In this document: in pieces, positions 9,064-23,245 of the stretch
Layout of the letters: each line of letters opens with the position of its first letter
Numbering within the stretch: the first letter of the stretch is position 1
Translations under genes and position numbers: made by a program
Assembly (NCBI GenBank): GCA_030141605.1
Contig: JAQGDQ010000410.1
Span: 124,001 to 188,000 of the forward strand
Length of the DNA: 64,000 nt
Direction: 5' to 3'
From: Tubiluchus corallicola
Lineage: Eukaryota; Animalia; Priapulida
The notes under the pieces: generated by a model
Database searches by the model: none
Seen by the model: only the letters and a program-made list of their open reading frames with translations
What the model was told of the DNA's origin: nothing

Positions 9064-10594
9064 GATGGTTAAAACGAATGTAACTGCATGGTTATGTCAA
9101 CTGATTATACAACTGTCATAGTTGGCAATGTTGGGTAATCCATATTCCGTTCTATATGCGTTTTCAAGCGACAAAGGTGGCGCCAAATATATTTTGTCCA
9201 CTTGCACGACTACACACAATCTCTTTCTACTCAGTTGTTTACATATTTTTTAAATTTTTTCACATTTGTATCACATATGCAGTTTATATTGGAATAAATA
9301 ATTTTCCACAATTTGAACGAGTTAAGGCAGAACTAAGACTCGTGGAAAAATTACACATGTATTGCATTTCAATGTTAAAGGTTACAGCAGCACTGTAATT
9401 TCAACTAAGCAAAACACGTAAAATTGTGAATATCGTTTCTCACACTTTGCTAAATTGCTTGGTCTCTAAACTTATAAAATGCACAGCCCGGGTGGACTTC
9501 ATGGTTGCATATCAAATTACAGGTGTGAATTCAAGCAAATAATATCCCTTGAGCTGCACGCGAGCAGAAAATTACACTCCGGCTTCCTCCCAGCTGAAAT
9601 ATACTGATAACTACTCGTGAGTCGACAATGGCCAATGGCTTCAGCATAGCGTGTTACAGTGTTATAATGCTCAGTTGCAATGTTACTCAGCCTACAGACT
9701 GCATACAATAGTCACATTTACCTAGATAAAAGAATAAAAAGAGAAATCGTATAAACACACGAAAGCAATACTAAATTAGAGTCTGAAAATGTTTTCCCTC
9801 CACTGGGACTGGCGCCCAAACATTCAGCTTTTCAGGCAGCTATGCTAACCGAAAAACATATTAAACTCTCACAACAGTACTAATGATAATAAAGATTACA
9901 TTTGTAAAATGTTACTACCAGCAGCACAGGAATGCAGGGATAGTGACGACGACGACCTGGGCATCAGCGACTGTAACATGAAAAGTATGTTCAGCGTGAA
10001 TGCCTGTTATCCCGATTATATAGGAAATTCTAGTAGATGTCATTGCTGTAATGTTGGGTTTTGGAGGCGCCACAATTATAATATGCATGTCACGCATTTC
10101 CACATTATCATGCAGTAAATCGATATTAATGTAATAAACGAAATGTCATCTTGTTACGGCAGTCATACTAGCTACGCATACAGTAAAAATTAATTGTTGA
10201 GAATATTGCACCCTAGCTAACACGATGTAGAATTGGCGTATTAAAGTGCTTGAATATTTTACAAACAAAAATGTCATAAATCTTCGAAAATGTATCAAAA
10301 TTTTTTGTTATTTTTGAACAGATTACAAGTAAGTTACAGGTATAAAAGGACTATTGTAAAACCATTATTGTTTGACGCTAGTTAAAGAATTTAATATTAC
10401 AAAACCTATGCAGCACTATAACATACTGAGTTCAAAATTTCAAAACTGTTATTCAGTAACCATTGCATAAATAGTTGACTTTTTGAACATCGTGTATATA
10501 GTCAGAATTTATTTATGACATCCATATTATTGAGTCACTCAACTATACGCGCAGTAAAAAATAACTGTTACATCTTGGGCAGTATGCTAGAGAA

Positions 10595-10858
10595 TTATTA
10601 GAAAGTGCCGCAATTAAAACAATGTAAAAACACAACGTTTCAAAGCGGTGCTACGGTTTGTCATCAGGTCCAAAAAAAGAAAAAACGGTCACATACGGTA
10701 ACAGAAAAATTAAAAAAACGAAAATATAAAAAATACGCAGAAAATATACCAATGTCGTTATGTGATTATTGACACTTGATGATCATTTGATGATAAACTA
10801 CAGCAGCGGTTTGAAGCGTTTAGCTTTTCCATTGTTTTAACAATGTGACTTTAATAAT
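10595..10858. mobile_element. Inverted pair of ~70-bp arms, each with a decayed hammerhead-ribozyme-like core (Penelope-like terminal remnant)
   Basis: Minus 10667-10636: CTGATGA c AAACCGT AGCA CCGCTTT GAAACG. Plus 10788-10819: TTGATGA t AAACTAC AGCA GCGGTTT GAAGCG. The flanking arms are mutually complementary. Confidence 0.5.
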
Positions 10859-13059
10859 TAATACTGTTCTTATCGTTAAGAATTACATTTGTATTATGCT
10901 GCAAAATATTACAGCAAAATCGTCAAAATGCACCAATATCACGAATACGCACCATTAGACATTCCAAAACGTTATTTTTAGTTCTCTATGTCAACTTGCA
11001 GTCTGATAAATTTACTGATTAACGTTAATTAATGACTCAATGCGCGGTGCCACGCAGTATACACATAGAAAGTATTGGCCATTCCTGTGTTTACTGTAGC
11101 TCTATCTCAGAAATTTTCACATTTGGCAAATCATAACAATTGCTTTAATCACCAAGCGACATTCAACGTAACATTTATTCACAGAAAGTGAAGTAAAGAG
11201 CAAAAAGCCCATTCATATTTCACACGTATCGCACGGAAAATTCACCCAGGCTGCCATGTTGAAGCTGCAGAAGTCAGTCAGCGTCAATAATACCAAAATT
11301 CCGTGCTTTTATCTAATCGATAACACTCTCCCATCACATGTTCAGAAGCTTGATTAATGGTGTTTAGGTATTAGTCTATGTAATAATATGGCTTCTAAAG
11401 GAACGTAAAGGTTTCAGGGACGTTTCTTAAACAGAAGTCTTATGTGCTTTTGTTTGAAATTTTTGGTCAAAAATTCTGATGCGCTAGTCTAACGATTCAG
11501 ATTACCTTTTCAAAATAGAATTAAACAATTAAAGTGAGTGTAAACATTTCTCCTTTTTGGTCCTAGATGGCACCGCTTATCTTGTACGCAACGCATTGCT
11601 ACATGTTCAATGTGACGTCCGTGACGTCAGTCTGGAATATAAGAACTACCGAACAGCATTGCAACCCCTTCTAATATAGTTGAACTGTACTCTAGTATGA
11701 TTTTGTGTATGTCTCACACTTAGGCTGCATTAATAGCTTAATTTAGCTAATTGCTTATGTTAATTGAATGAGTCATTAGTTAATTACTCATTAAGCGAAT
11801 TTATCTACTATAATAAAGCAAGTTGTGACTGTACATATATGAGCATGCACCTAGTTAGCTCTGGGAAGGATCACACCTCATACCTGTCCTGGATCTTCTT
11901 TACAAGCAAGTAAGTGATTGGTCATACGCTCAACTGAACAGGCTATCTAGCCAATTAATCGTCGTGTTATAAGACGAGGTCATCCAGTTTTACCTGTTCT
12001 AGAAATTGAAGCCATGTTCAACACGGTGCGTCGAACGTGCTAAGCCAGTGAAGTCGTCGAATATGACTTCCGTCGAACATTTATTAATAATCGAAGTCAA
12101 GACTTAATTAATGTGGCGACAGAAAGTGATTAAAGGGCACTGACACACCAAAGGGTTAGGTGTTCGAGCCGTGAGGCGAATACACCAATAAGCTGGCTAT
12201 TATTCGTTATTTGACTTACTGCTGTAAACGGAAATTCAGGAGATCTGGTACAGAAACAACCAGGCGGTGACCAGACGTATGAATGGTAGTTCCACGAGCT
12301 CCGCGGGTCAGGACTCCACTGCACTCCACTAGGATTGGAGAAGTAACCACTTACGACTTCGGTACACCTGACAAGCATTGTAGAAGTGGCCACGTAAGAT
12401 TCCACCCCCTGCTCGAGCTTAGGAAGAGTAACTGCTCAAGATTCCACGAAGTTCGCATAACCGGTTAGTCACGTTATTCCAGTTTTCAGAGTGATGGAGG
12501 ACGCCAAACGTTGGAATCCGACCGCTTCCGACTGCAGTCACTACAACTGATAAGTATACTTACCTTACATCCTTCTCCCTCACCTGGGTTGGGCTAACTA
12601 GTCTTCTGTTTATCTTAGATTATCTAAAAACGTCGTTTGTAATTATAACAACTTTGTTGTTGCTTTGGATTGTTTTTTTAGTTCTTATTATCTCATTAAA
12701 CCAAGAATTTATCGGTAATATTAAAAATTGTTTTGTTTGCTTCTATTCGGAATACATGTCTGTGAACTATGCTTAAATGGAAAGATTCACTGAACCCACG
12801 TGTCAGCACGCATCAGAAATTAGTAGGAAAAAAAGTGTTTGTGGTGTCGTAGCGAAAGCGCCCCATATCACAGGTGGTGACACCGCATATCACATTCAAC
12901 GTGCGTCACCAAAGCTTATTAATATAGCTTATTAATTAAGTGACCAACGCAAATAGAAAGCGCTAATATTCGGCGGCATGACATATTCGCCGAATCGGCC
13001 TAAGAAAAAACTACAAACTAGCTATATCACAGTTATCCAGTTTCGCAGTTCATATGAAC

Positions 13060-13092
13060 TATTTAGTACTGTGCTGCTGCTGCATTTACTAT

Positions 13093-13126
<34 letters not shown>

Positions 13127-13290
13127 TCTGCTGCCGCTGCCGCTGCCGCTGCCGCTGCCGCTGCCGCTACCGCTACCACTACCACTACTACCACTACCAC
13201 TACCACTACCACTACCACTACCACTACCACTACCACTACCACTACTACTACTATCACCACCACCTACAACCACCACCACCACCACTGCCC
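13060..13290. repeat. Compound microsatellite (CTG)n-(CCGCTG)n-(CCACTA)n-(CTA)n-(CCA)n
   Basis: Directly visible; explains the four low-complexity ORFs at 12978-13401. Confidence 0.95.
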
Positions 13291-15064
13291 CTTTTGCTTT
13301 TATTTCTACTGCAACACAAACACTTTTTGCTTGTGTCAATGCAAGATTTTAACTTTCGTTACTACGAAATAACGTTGTACATTAATCGCCGCAGCTATTA
13401 AATTTAATTCTCTTGGGGCGCCTGCTCTCTTTTCCCGAAAGCTCAATCAAAATTTCAGACAAACTTGGCTTCATTCATTTTCATATTCCATGCTTTTACT
13501 GGTTCGCAAGCTGAGACGTGAGAAGGAGATGCTGTTGCAAGAACTGTCAATGTCAAATGTATACGCTCTGAATGAATTTGAAAATGTCTTCACCTATGAA
13601 TAATAAGTATGGCAAATTGAGAAGCCCACAGACGCAAATGTTTCAGTAAAAATCGGGCGAAAGTGATTACAGCCTGTCAACTCTGAGATGTGATGCAAAC
13701 AGTTTCAGTGAACTATAGGCGCTCGATTCCTAAACAAAATAAAAAAATTGCTCGGTGCACAAAATCATGCCCTAATATTGTTTTTAAAACACTCTCAAAG
13801 AACACAGTAACACAGTAATTTACTGAATCGTCTGAGACATGTCTGTCAGTTGATTTGTTGGCCAAGAGGCCGGAATTTGATGGTTGAATGCCGTTTATTT
13901 CCTTTTCAGCAATATTTGCAGATTCAGTGGCTGACTGGTTAATGGCTGATTCTTTTATTTAACGACTTTTTGTGAAAACTTTTGGGTTGGTTTCGTGATG
14001 CTTAGCTGGTCAGTTCAGTTGGTTGGTTATTAAACTGACGTATTTGTTGATTGGTTACAGCTGATTAGTTGGTTGGCTAGCTAGTCGCAGAATGGTGGAG
14101 ATTCGTCAATCAGTCGGTCAGCCACATTTTTGTTTTCATTTAAATTTATCAGTTTTTTTAGTGTACAGTAGAAGAAACAAGAGGATCAGGAAAGTAGAAA
14201 TCCTGTAAAGATACTGTGCGACGTCCCTGAGTCTTTCTGACTCTCCATGGATCCTGTTATACTGTCCACATACAATAGTAAATCGCAAAACCAAAATATT
14301 AAAACACGGACTGAGATATAGGTTTCAAACGGGTATGTTGTCTCTAAGACACAGCCAGCGTGAGGATGTCTCTGTTAATTTTTACATGAATGAAAGGAAA
14401 TTGCCGAACACTTCTTAATTTCTGAGACGAGACTGGTGACTGCTGCTCGCTGCCACCTAGTGCACGTTTTGGAAGATCTTGCTTCCGAAAAACCATTGGC
14501 AGCTTGCGCCTACTAGTGCTTAAATGACAAACTGCGCCTGAAGCCCTCGCGGAGTGATATACTAATCAGTGATACGGTCTAACAAAACGCCGACTGCAGC
14601 TGTCTAGATATGCAGGGTGCAGAATTCAGTCAGCAGCTGGAACGTACAAACGCAATCAAAGCTGAGAAGAACTTATATTAATTATTATTTTATAAAAGAA
14701 ACTCATATTCTCATTATATTTTTATACGTGTTTATTTTTTCACGGACAGTCCTTGATTTCTTATGTAACATGTAAGTACTATCTTTTTGCACATCTGCGA
14801 ACTGTTATTTTAATATTCATTGTGTAATAGCGTTATCGCTGAATTTCTATAGTTATTATTAACTCTGTTACATGTTAAGCAATGTGTTACTGGACATTAG
14901 TCCTGTTGCAGTACTGTATTGAAACCTATAACGCTAAAGAGCCTAGACTTAAGTTTAAGAATATACAACCATTTACCAATTAAAAAATTGTTTAAACCAT
15001 GGATAAGGCAGATGCTATGATATTAAACTTGTGCGCTGTGCGTGGAGTAGACATCGAAACTATA

Positions 15065-15365
15065 ATTCCCCTCCCTCCCAAAATGTGCTGGCATTTTACT
15101 TTTAAATTTTGTGAACACAACACTGCAATGTGCTTCACTGGCAAGGGATCGTGAGAGTTCGAAAATTTTTGGATCCTAATTGCAGCGTGCATTTCACAGC
15201 ATTGAAACTATCACCCCCTTCTCTCCCGCAGTGTCTGCCCTGCTGGCTTCAGACCTTTTACTTTTAAATCTTGAGAATGCAACACTTTGCAATAAGCTTC
15301 ACAGACGTAAGGGGTCATAACAGTTTGTATTATTTTTGGATTCAAATTGCAGTATTCGTTTCACC
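15065..15365. repeat. Diverged tandem duplication, ~150-170 bp x2
   Basis: tgctggc..ttttacttttaaat..tg.gaa..caacact..gcaat..gcttcac...tttttggat.c.aattgcag...tttcac occurs twice. Confidence 0.65.
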
Positions 15366-15486
15366 AAAAGTAATGCAAAATGATATCAAATGAATGTGGA
15401 ATTAATGAGCTCACGTCATACCCAGAGCGATCATTATCAGAAATACAGTGTGCATGAGTGGTCGGCACATATAGGCTACAGGGTAG

Positions 15487-15487
<1 letters not shown>

Positions 15488-15571
<84 letters not shown>

Positions 15572-15588
15572 TGTGTGTGTGTGCGCGC
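15488..15588. repeat. (GT)n(GCGT)n(GT)n microsatellite
   Basis: Directly visible. Confidence 0.95.
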
Positions 15589-18500
15589 GGGGGAGGGGGG
15601 ATTAATGATGTAAATTATCGTTAAAACAAATGGGAATTCAACTCTTGAACACCTGAGCCAAGAAAATGTTGTTAAATTTAGTGAGCTCACTTTAGCATCC
15701 TAGTTTGTAGTTAGTTAGTTTGTGTTCTAGTGAAGTTGTGCTTGGATAGGTATAATTGTTGTGTGTGCGTTTGTGTGTATGCGCGCGCTAGTGCGTGCGT
15801 GTGCGTGAGTGATATGCCACAGCTGACGGTTTTTTGTATAAAAAACATAGCAACAGCGTCAGCTATGGTGGAATGATGCTATGGTTTATTGCTATATTTG
15901 ACGTTATATTGTTGTTTAGCTTTTTCATTAGTAAAATCTGTGAAAATCAATACATATATATATATATATAGTATATACATATATTTAATGTTGGTGAACA
16001 TCAATGTATATTCCATGAATTTCCATGGTACCAGCCTGCAGGGATGCACTTATGTGGCTGATCACACTCAAACACTGGAGCTTGGTAACAAGGCTTGCGT
16101 CATTCGCGCAGCTGGCATAACGAGAACGTGCATTCATCCTCTTCTAAATTTATAATGTCAATTCGACACTTGTTTCGATTGAATGAAGCCGTATAAAAGG
16201 GATATGAAAAGACGTGACAAGAAATTGATGGGAAAGCTCTAACAAAGGTTTAAGTTATTAAGGACCTCGTTGCAAAAGTTAGAGCAGTGAAAATAAACCT
16301 ACGTACTAGTATAACATAATGCCACAGACCACCATATTGTAGTCTTACATCATATTACTAGCATCACAGATTTCAACCTATTGCGTTAAAAAACAAATCG
16401 CACATCTTTCGAATGAGTCTGATTGCAAAGCTCCCTACAAAAATGCTCACTAACTACGAACTAAGGAAACGCGCATTAGAATCGTATGTAATAAGAAAGT
16501 AAACTAATGGAGGCTTGGAAAGTAAAACGCTCTCGATAAAATGCTCTAATTCTGAAATTAATAAAACGAGCTGTAAAGCGAAAAACTTAAAGACTATAAC
16601 AGAAAATAAAAGTCTAAGAATATTAAAGATATGTAAAGTGAACAAAAAAGATATGGCACAAATTGACCAAAGAATTAAAACTGCTAAAGGATTAAAAGGA
16701 ATAAAAGTTTGTCAGCCACTACTATTCTTATTAAAAACGACAAGCATATTATTTAAACAGGAACAAATTCTCAATACAGGATGTGCAAAGTAATAGATCA
16801 GTTTAACAAATATGCCGAAGTGGCATCATTGAAGTATAAAGGGCGCGTAACAAGAACTGCATATACTAATTAAGTATACGACTATCTGACTATCGATGTA
16901 TCTAGTTATCTGACGAAGAGTACCGGAGGTCGCCAACTCGTCATACATCAAATTTCGTAGTTGAAATGGCTAAACCAATGAAAAATCAATGGGTGCCGTT
17001 CAACAGTGTTTAATTTTGTTGAATTCATCAGTAAACTGAATTCGCCCTAGCGTAATGGTGGGGCTAAACCAAGTTATATTAGATGAGGAGCACTTAATGA
17101 ATCTGGCTTCCCTTGCGATTGAAAAGCTGAGCCCAGCTGCTAACGCACTCGCAACAATTTTGAAAATTTTAGTGAATGTTACTGGGGAAAGGTGGCGAGT
17201 AAATAGCCAAGTAGTCACACTCTGTACTTTGCTGTAAGAATTAAGCAGCAAATGGGCTGATTAGTAGATTGGAAAGGTGCCAGAAAAACTGCTTATGAGC
17301 TATTTCGTATGATGTACTACTGCCTTTAACTATGTTTTTTCGTTGACAAACGATGTGTAAGAACGTTACTAGGACACCTCTCAAACGTGGCTCAAAATAT
17401 TTGCCTTCTTAGAGCATAATTCTTCATAATAGCATGGATTCAGCGTCACAACCAATGATTATCACCTGTAAAAAAGGGCTATTAAATATAGGCATGCAGC
17501 TTGCATAACTGTACGAAGTACTCGTTTTTAATTAAAACTCAAACAATACGACTTCTAAATAAAAAGCTAGAAGAACGTGTTTCCTGTAATAGAATCAGAA
17601 ATTTTGCATTCCCGTTGTCTTTCCATGATTGCCCGAGCCTCAGCGTACTCTATGAACTGTCAAACAAAACGGTATGCAAACATTATCACTTTTTAATTGC
17701 TCAAATTTTTATTTCGCCTCATAAACTGCGAGTGCTTGAGCAATGAAATAAAAGTGTAAAAGGCTTTTGAATCACCTGGTATAAATGTCTATATTTCCTC
17801 CTGGTAGGCCGTTACAGCTATGGCTTGGTATTAACTATATGCATGCGGTTTGTATCCTTCATAGCGTTTGATCACGGTTCAATTAGTGAAGCAAAAGAGG
17901 CCAGCACTAATGGTTAGATAATCTGAAACCAACGTCAATATATTGTAAACAATGCCAGCATGTTGTAATTAGTGCTATCCTAGTGTAACAAATGACCATA
18001 TTGAAACTGTAAGGAGTACTGCACGTGGGAATTCAAGATATTGTACACGTTCGCAGGGTGCGCCCTCTGTTACGTGATATCACCAATCTTCGGGTGAAGG
18101 GCTTGCTTCTTACAGCAGTTTATTTAGAAATTTGACAAGGCGAAATCAAAATAGAAAGCTTAAAAACTGAAACTTTCTGCTTTTCGAATTTGGACAAAAC
18201 TGGACTATACGAGGCGTACGCTGGATTCCCAACAATAGCCGTCTGTAAAAACTAAATCTATTATGAGCTTCATAGATTTATAGCTTCACAGACTTTAAAC
18301 CATCCATGTTTTTCAAACGATTCAACTTTCTTCTCTGTTTGGGAGGTTGATTGTACTCTGGTCATATTGCATGTAATCAGACTTTTTAGATCTAATATTG
18401 TGCCCACGAGAAAACATACGCTATCTTCCCATTTCTTAGCGTCGCCCCATGTACATCGATTTGGGACGTCGACGCTGCACTAGTTCCAAGCGGTTCGCTC

Positions 18501-21500
18501 AATAACGCACCAGTCGCAAGCGGAAACCTATTTAGTTTTCAAATGTCACGTAGATTTGCATGGATGACGCGCATAGAAGCGTTTTCCATTACAGCAATTC
18601 AAATACAGGCAAGAAATAATTACGACAGACAGTGGCAGGATGTCTGAATGTCAAATTGAGATTCGTCATAACACTTGGATTCATATGTTTATGCCTGATT
18701 CAGCTAGTGTAAAATCTTTGTAAGGCTTCCGATGCTAGTAAAGGCAAGAAATGTCGCTAAAATGGCAATAATCCGTCAAACTGTCAAAGACATATTTCAT
18801 ACATATAATGCATGTATAGCTAGTTCTTCAATTTCTAGACCTCAGAATACTGCTGTTTATCGCCTAGAAATTACAGTTATATAAACACAAAATCTGCAAG
18901 CCTTTTAAAAAATGAGAAAAGAAGTAAATAGGTTGCTTATCCCAAAAAAGCTCTTTGGCCTGCATTGCCCATAAAAGTGAACACAGTTAAGCCGAGATGA
19001 GTTATCCAAATCGAGTGCTAATATCATCAACACATTTTTGGTTTTAAAGTTTACGTCTGAATTTATCAGATATCAAATTGCCATTTCGAAGAATGTAAAC
19101 ACTTTACTTTATGTCCTAGCAAGGATTTTCACCAAACTGTTTTTTAGGATTTGAAAAACTAGGGCAGGATTTCCTAGAGTTTTAATCTTGGTAGCAACTA
19201 AACCTAGGGGTGGAAATGACGATTTCCAAATTTGATTTTAACACTTGTTATATTGCAAGCAGATCTTACATAGAAATATTTTGGATTAATTTTTATCAAA
19301 TTGCATCGTAGTCCAAAATCTATATCAGGTTAATGAACATTCCTGTATGGTTTAATATTGATAAACATCACTACCAGTTGCATCTGAAAGCACTGTACAT
19401 TAATGACATTGATATTTAGGTGGAATGGCGTCCATATAGTCTGAGACGGTCAACTGTCAATAACATTATTACTGTCGTGCTTTTGGTCTCTGCTGTTAGC
19501 GTCTATCTTTTAGGTAGAAAAAACAAGATTTTGACGAAAAATGGCACTTAGAAAAAGTTAAAGTCCTTGGCAAGAAACTGGTGTATTTCAAGTCAGCTGC
19601 TATGTAGCACGTGAGTACTAAAAGCATCTCAAGTATGAAAATCAAAGGCTGACATAGATCACAATGCCATTGAAAACAACTTGAAGGTGACTCGTTTCAG
19701 CATTAGCCGAATCAAACATGGCAGCATTTAGTCAAAAATTTTCTTCTTAGTATTTCCAACCGTACGGAAGAGATCTGCTGATTGTGCAGCTTGTCGATGT
19801 GCTTTATGAAACTCATTAACGATACTGAAGCTACATACCAGTTAGACAATGCAACAATGAAAACAAGCTAAAGTGTTCTCAAAAATAGCTTTAAAAACTC
19901 TGACGTTTGATTTTGGGCACGCTTTTGTAGTCACGTTTTCAATGTATTAGCAGCACTTTTCTAAATGCCCCGTGGCTTTTAACTAGCGTGGCGTTGTCAG
20001 TGTGGAAATTTCCATTAACTAATTAGGGCATAATAGTACCACGTCGTATAGAGTTACCCACTCACGGCCAAAGAGAATCAGGAAGCGAGAGTACAATTAC
20101 ATTCTGAACTATAACAACAACGTGATGAAGAGAAGCTTTACATGCATTACAAAAACACTGACATGCGGGAAAAAATCTGTTATGCCTTTCAAGGAAGCGA
20201 AACCCCCTAACAGTTAAACGTAATGCAAATTAAAATAGCTTTGTCTGGAAACGTTTATGAGAACACACTTTAAAATCCCTTTTCTTCCCCTACAAAATCA
20301 TGTACAGTGTTGAGCGTTCGCCGGTTGGGCCCTGAGGTTACAGATACAAGAGTCGTGATTACATACAGACTGGGTCTGCACCAAAAAGGAGAAGTTTCTT
20401 TTAGATTTCGAAATGTTTCTCGGTAATATTAATAACGCAGGTTGTTCTATTTTACTGATTATTAAGTATGTCAACATTAATAGACATTTCTAGTAATTAT
20501 GTCAATCTAAAACCGAGGAGGAAGCTTAAACTTGAGCGGCTTTAAAATACACGCCGGCATTCGCTTGTATCATCTCGAGGGCGTTAAATTTCGTAATAAG
20601 AATTGTACTTGCCATCGAAATACTCAGATACTTTCAGGCTCTCATATTTGGTCACATGGTTTAGCATATATGCACTTGACAGACTTATGGCATGAATTCT
20701 GAATTTTTCCCGATGGATTAGATGGAAGCTGTTCAAACGATGAGAGAAAAATGGAAAACGCGTGTATGACAGTTCTTATCGATCAACCTCAGCAAAAATA
20801 ATCAGCATTTCTGTCCCCGTTGGAAGATGTGGGCGTCATGCTCGTCATTTGAAGCCAAGGAAACTACCGCTTGCCTGAAAAACAACTGTGCTGCAAAATG
20901 CCAGATGGTAACTAACGCGGCGATTTTGTTGAAACTAGCACTTTGATTGAGATACCACTTTGGTGAAAATAAACACGTCAGTGTTATTTTAGAGTAAGAA
21001 TGCGTTTCGAGGCATGCGCCTATGCTTAACAATTGCACAAAAACTAAGCAAGAGAAAAGCCCTATTCAAACTGTAAGTGTAATTTTTATTGGTTCATATT
21101 ACACTTTAATGCTAATTTGCGTTACTTTCAATTTTGTTTATCTTTACCCATGTAAATATGTGTGGGTACTTTTCATGACGAAATAAACATATTCTAGTCC
21201 TCTACGTTCATACTGAACACTTGTGCGGCGGAAAAAGAGGTTTACTGCTCGCACCAACGGCAACGATGACAACGATGATTGTGGTGTCAATGATAGTAGT
21301 GGCGGTGACTGGGAAGGTATTAGCAATGATGATTATGCGTGGTGATAAGATGACGAAGTGGATCACAATCATGCGACGATATTGGAAAAATGGCCCAAAT
21401 TTGTCGAATTTCCAGCGTTAACAAAATTGTTTCATTTTCTAAGCCCACCACATCACTCATCCATTCGTGTGGACCATTAACAGCAACTACTGACAAAGGG

Positions 21501-22199
21501 TTTAAGCGTAGTTATATGATTATTACTCCCTTCTGTACTTAGCTGTAAGCTGCCCTGACTCACTGTAAGCCAGGCACTTAGTGCGCACTGTAAATATGAG
21601 ATGATAAGATTTATGCGGGTAATGTGAAACAGTAACTGAAAAATTTGATAAGCAGATTGATCAGTCGATGAGTCGGTCGGTTGGTTCGTCTGCCTCTTTG
21701 TCTTTTAGTAGCTTATACAGTAGTGGGTCAGTCAGTCAGCCAAACAGTTAGTCAGTGATTCTATTGCCCTGTCAGTTAGTCCGTCAGTTTGCAAGTCAGT
21801 CAGTTAGTTAATCAGCAAAACTCACGTAAAAGTTATAGGCCTAAATTTCGGAGTACCTTCTGAGAGACAACATTTATGCTGACCTCGGCGATAGCTGCAT
21901 TTTACTAGATTTTATGGGCAACCGCATTTTCTGCACAAAACCTACAGCATTCGGAGATTAAGTTTAAACCTTCAGTAACTGCTCCAAGTGGACTTTTGTA
22001 CATCCACCCACTTCTCTTTCCAGTTGCATGCCTCCAGCTTGTCTGACGTCAAGCAAGAGAGAATTAATACCGCTGGCTTCTAATTACAAGTGGACGTCAA
22101 TAATCTATTGCTTTTGTAAAGGGCAAACTTCATCTCTAATGAATAGCTCAATAAAGGCAGCGCCACGTAACAAGTTCTTTTAGCCGCCTCTGTAATTCC

Positions 22200-22445
22200 A
22201 CCTCCCCCTCTCTCTCCCTCTGTTTCCCTTCCTCTCTCTTCTCTCTCTCTCTCTCTCTCTCTCCCCTTCTCTTCCTCTCTCTGTCTCTCTTCATTGCTGT
22301 CTTAATCTATTCTTCTTACCTTATGTCTCATTCTTTCTCCTATTCCTTTTACTTATCAGTGCTTAGCTTCTCATCTGTAGTGATGATTATGATGATGAAG
22401 AAGAAGAAGAAAAAGATGATGATGACGATGATGATGATGATGATG
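22200..22445. repeat. (CT)n-rich tract followed by a (GAT/GAA)n tract
   Basis: Directly visible. Confidence 0.85.
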
Positions 22446-23204
22446 CTGACAGACATATATGACTCCAAATACAATCTTATTCTTTCGAGGCTTTCTTGAG
22501 AGGAGGAACTACTTTTTAGTCGACTCCGTGGTTAGGTATGCCAGTTCAAAGTACTTGTTTACTTTCTTGTTGAACACTAATACTGGAATGTTGCTATTTA
22601 AGCAACCAAGCATTTCATTAATGAGCGAACGTAGTCAACCAAGACCTCTAAAACTTCACCAAGTGCTGCGCGGTTAGGTCGTTTTTTGTACACAGTGTTC
22701 CAGAAAAGAGCAAAAACGCCATTTTGGAGGTTTTCACCTTCCGTTTTCAGAGACACATGTAGAAAAAATTTCCTAGCGGTATTCGGTCCTTCATAAGTCC
22801 TAATCAGTTAGTATGTGACTCTGGACAAACAACTTGCCAGGAATCGATAGACTTGAACTGATACTGAATAGACGGTATGCGTTGACTAATTAATATTTAT
22901 CACTGCAAGAACTATTCGATCCGGGTTCTGGATGCATTGCAGACATACTATTGCGGACAAACTACTATTGATACATGCTGTAAGGAACTGACATATTCAC
23001 CTCGATTATTCTGTTACTGTTCCAAAGACTGTCCCCTGTTTTTTATGATTGGTCTAAACTTATTCGCATAAGTTGTGTTGCGTCGTTAAAAAAACACGGT
23101 CAGCATCTTTCAAACCATAATACTTTATTATTAGGCATCCTGGAAGCTGGAATTCAGCACTCAGTGGCAGAGCTCATTAAATGGCCTTCTATCACAGTTA
23201 GTCC

Positions 23205-23245
23205 TCTGTCGGTCAGTCAGTCAGTCAGTCAGTCAGTCAGTCAGT
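23205..23245. repeat. (GTCA)n microsatellite
   Basis: Directly visible; degenerate relatives occur at ~21660-21815 and ~14000-14120. Confidence 0.85.

Noticed and set aside
13175-13245. (CCACTA)n as an interstitial telomeric repeat
   Set aside because: TAGTGG is not the canonical TTAGGG or TTAGG repeat, and it grades by single substitutions into neighbouring motifs.
12978-13401. ORFs with poly-LP, GS, CR/YH and poly-V/A tracts
   Set aside because: All are translations of one compound microsatellite in several frames.
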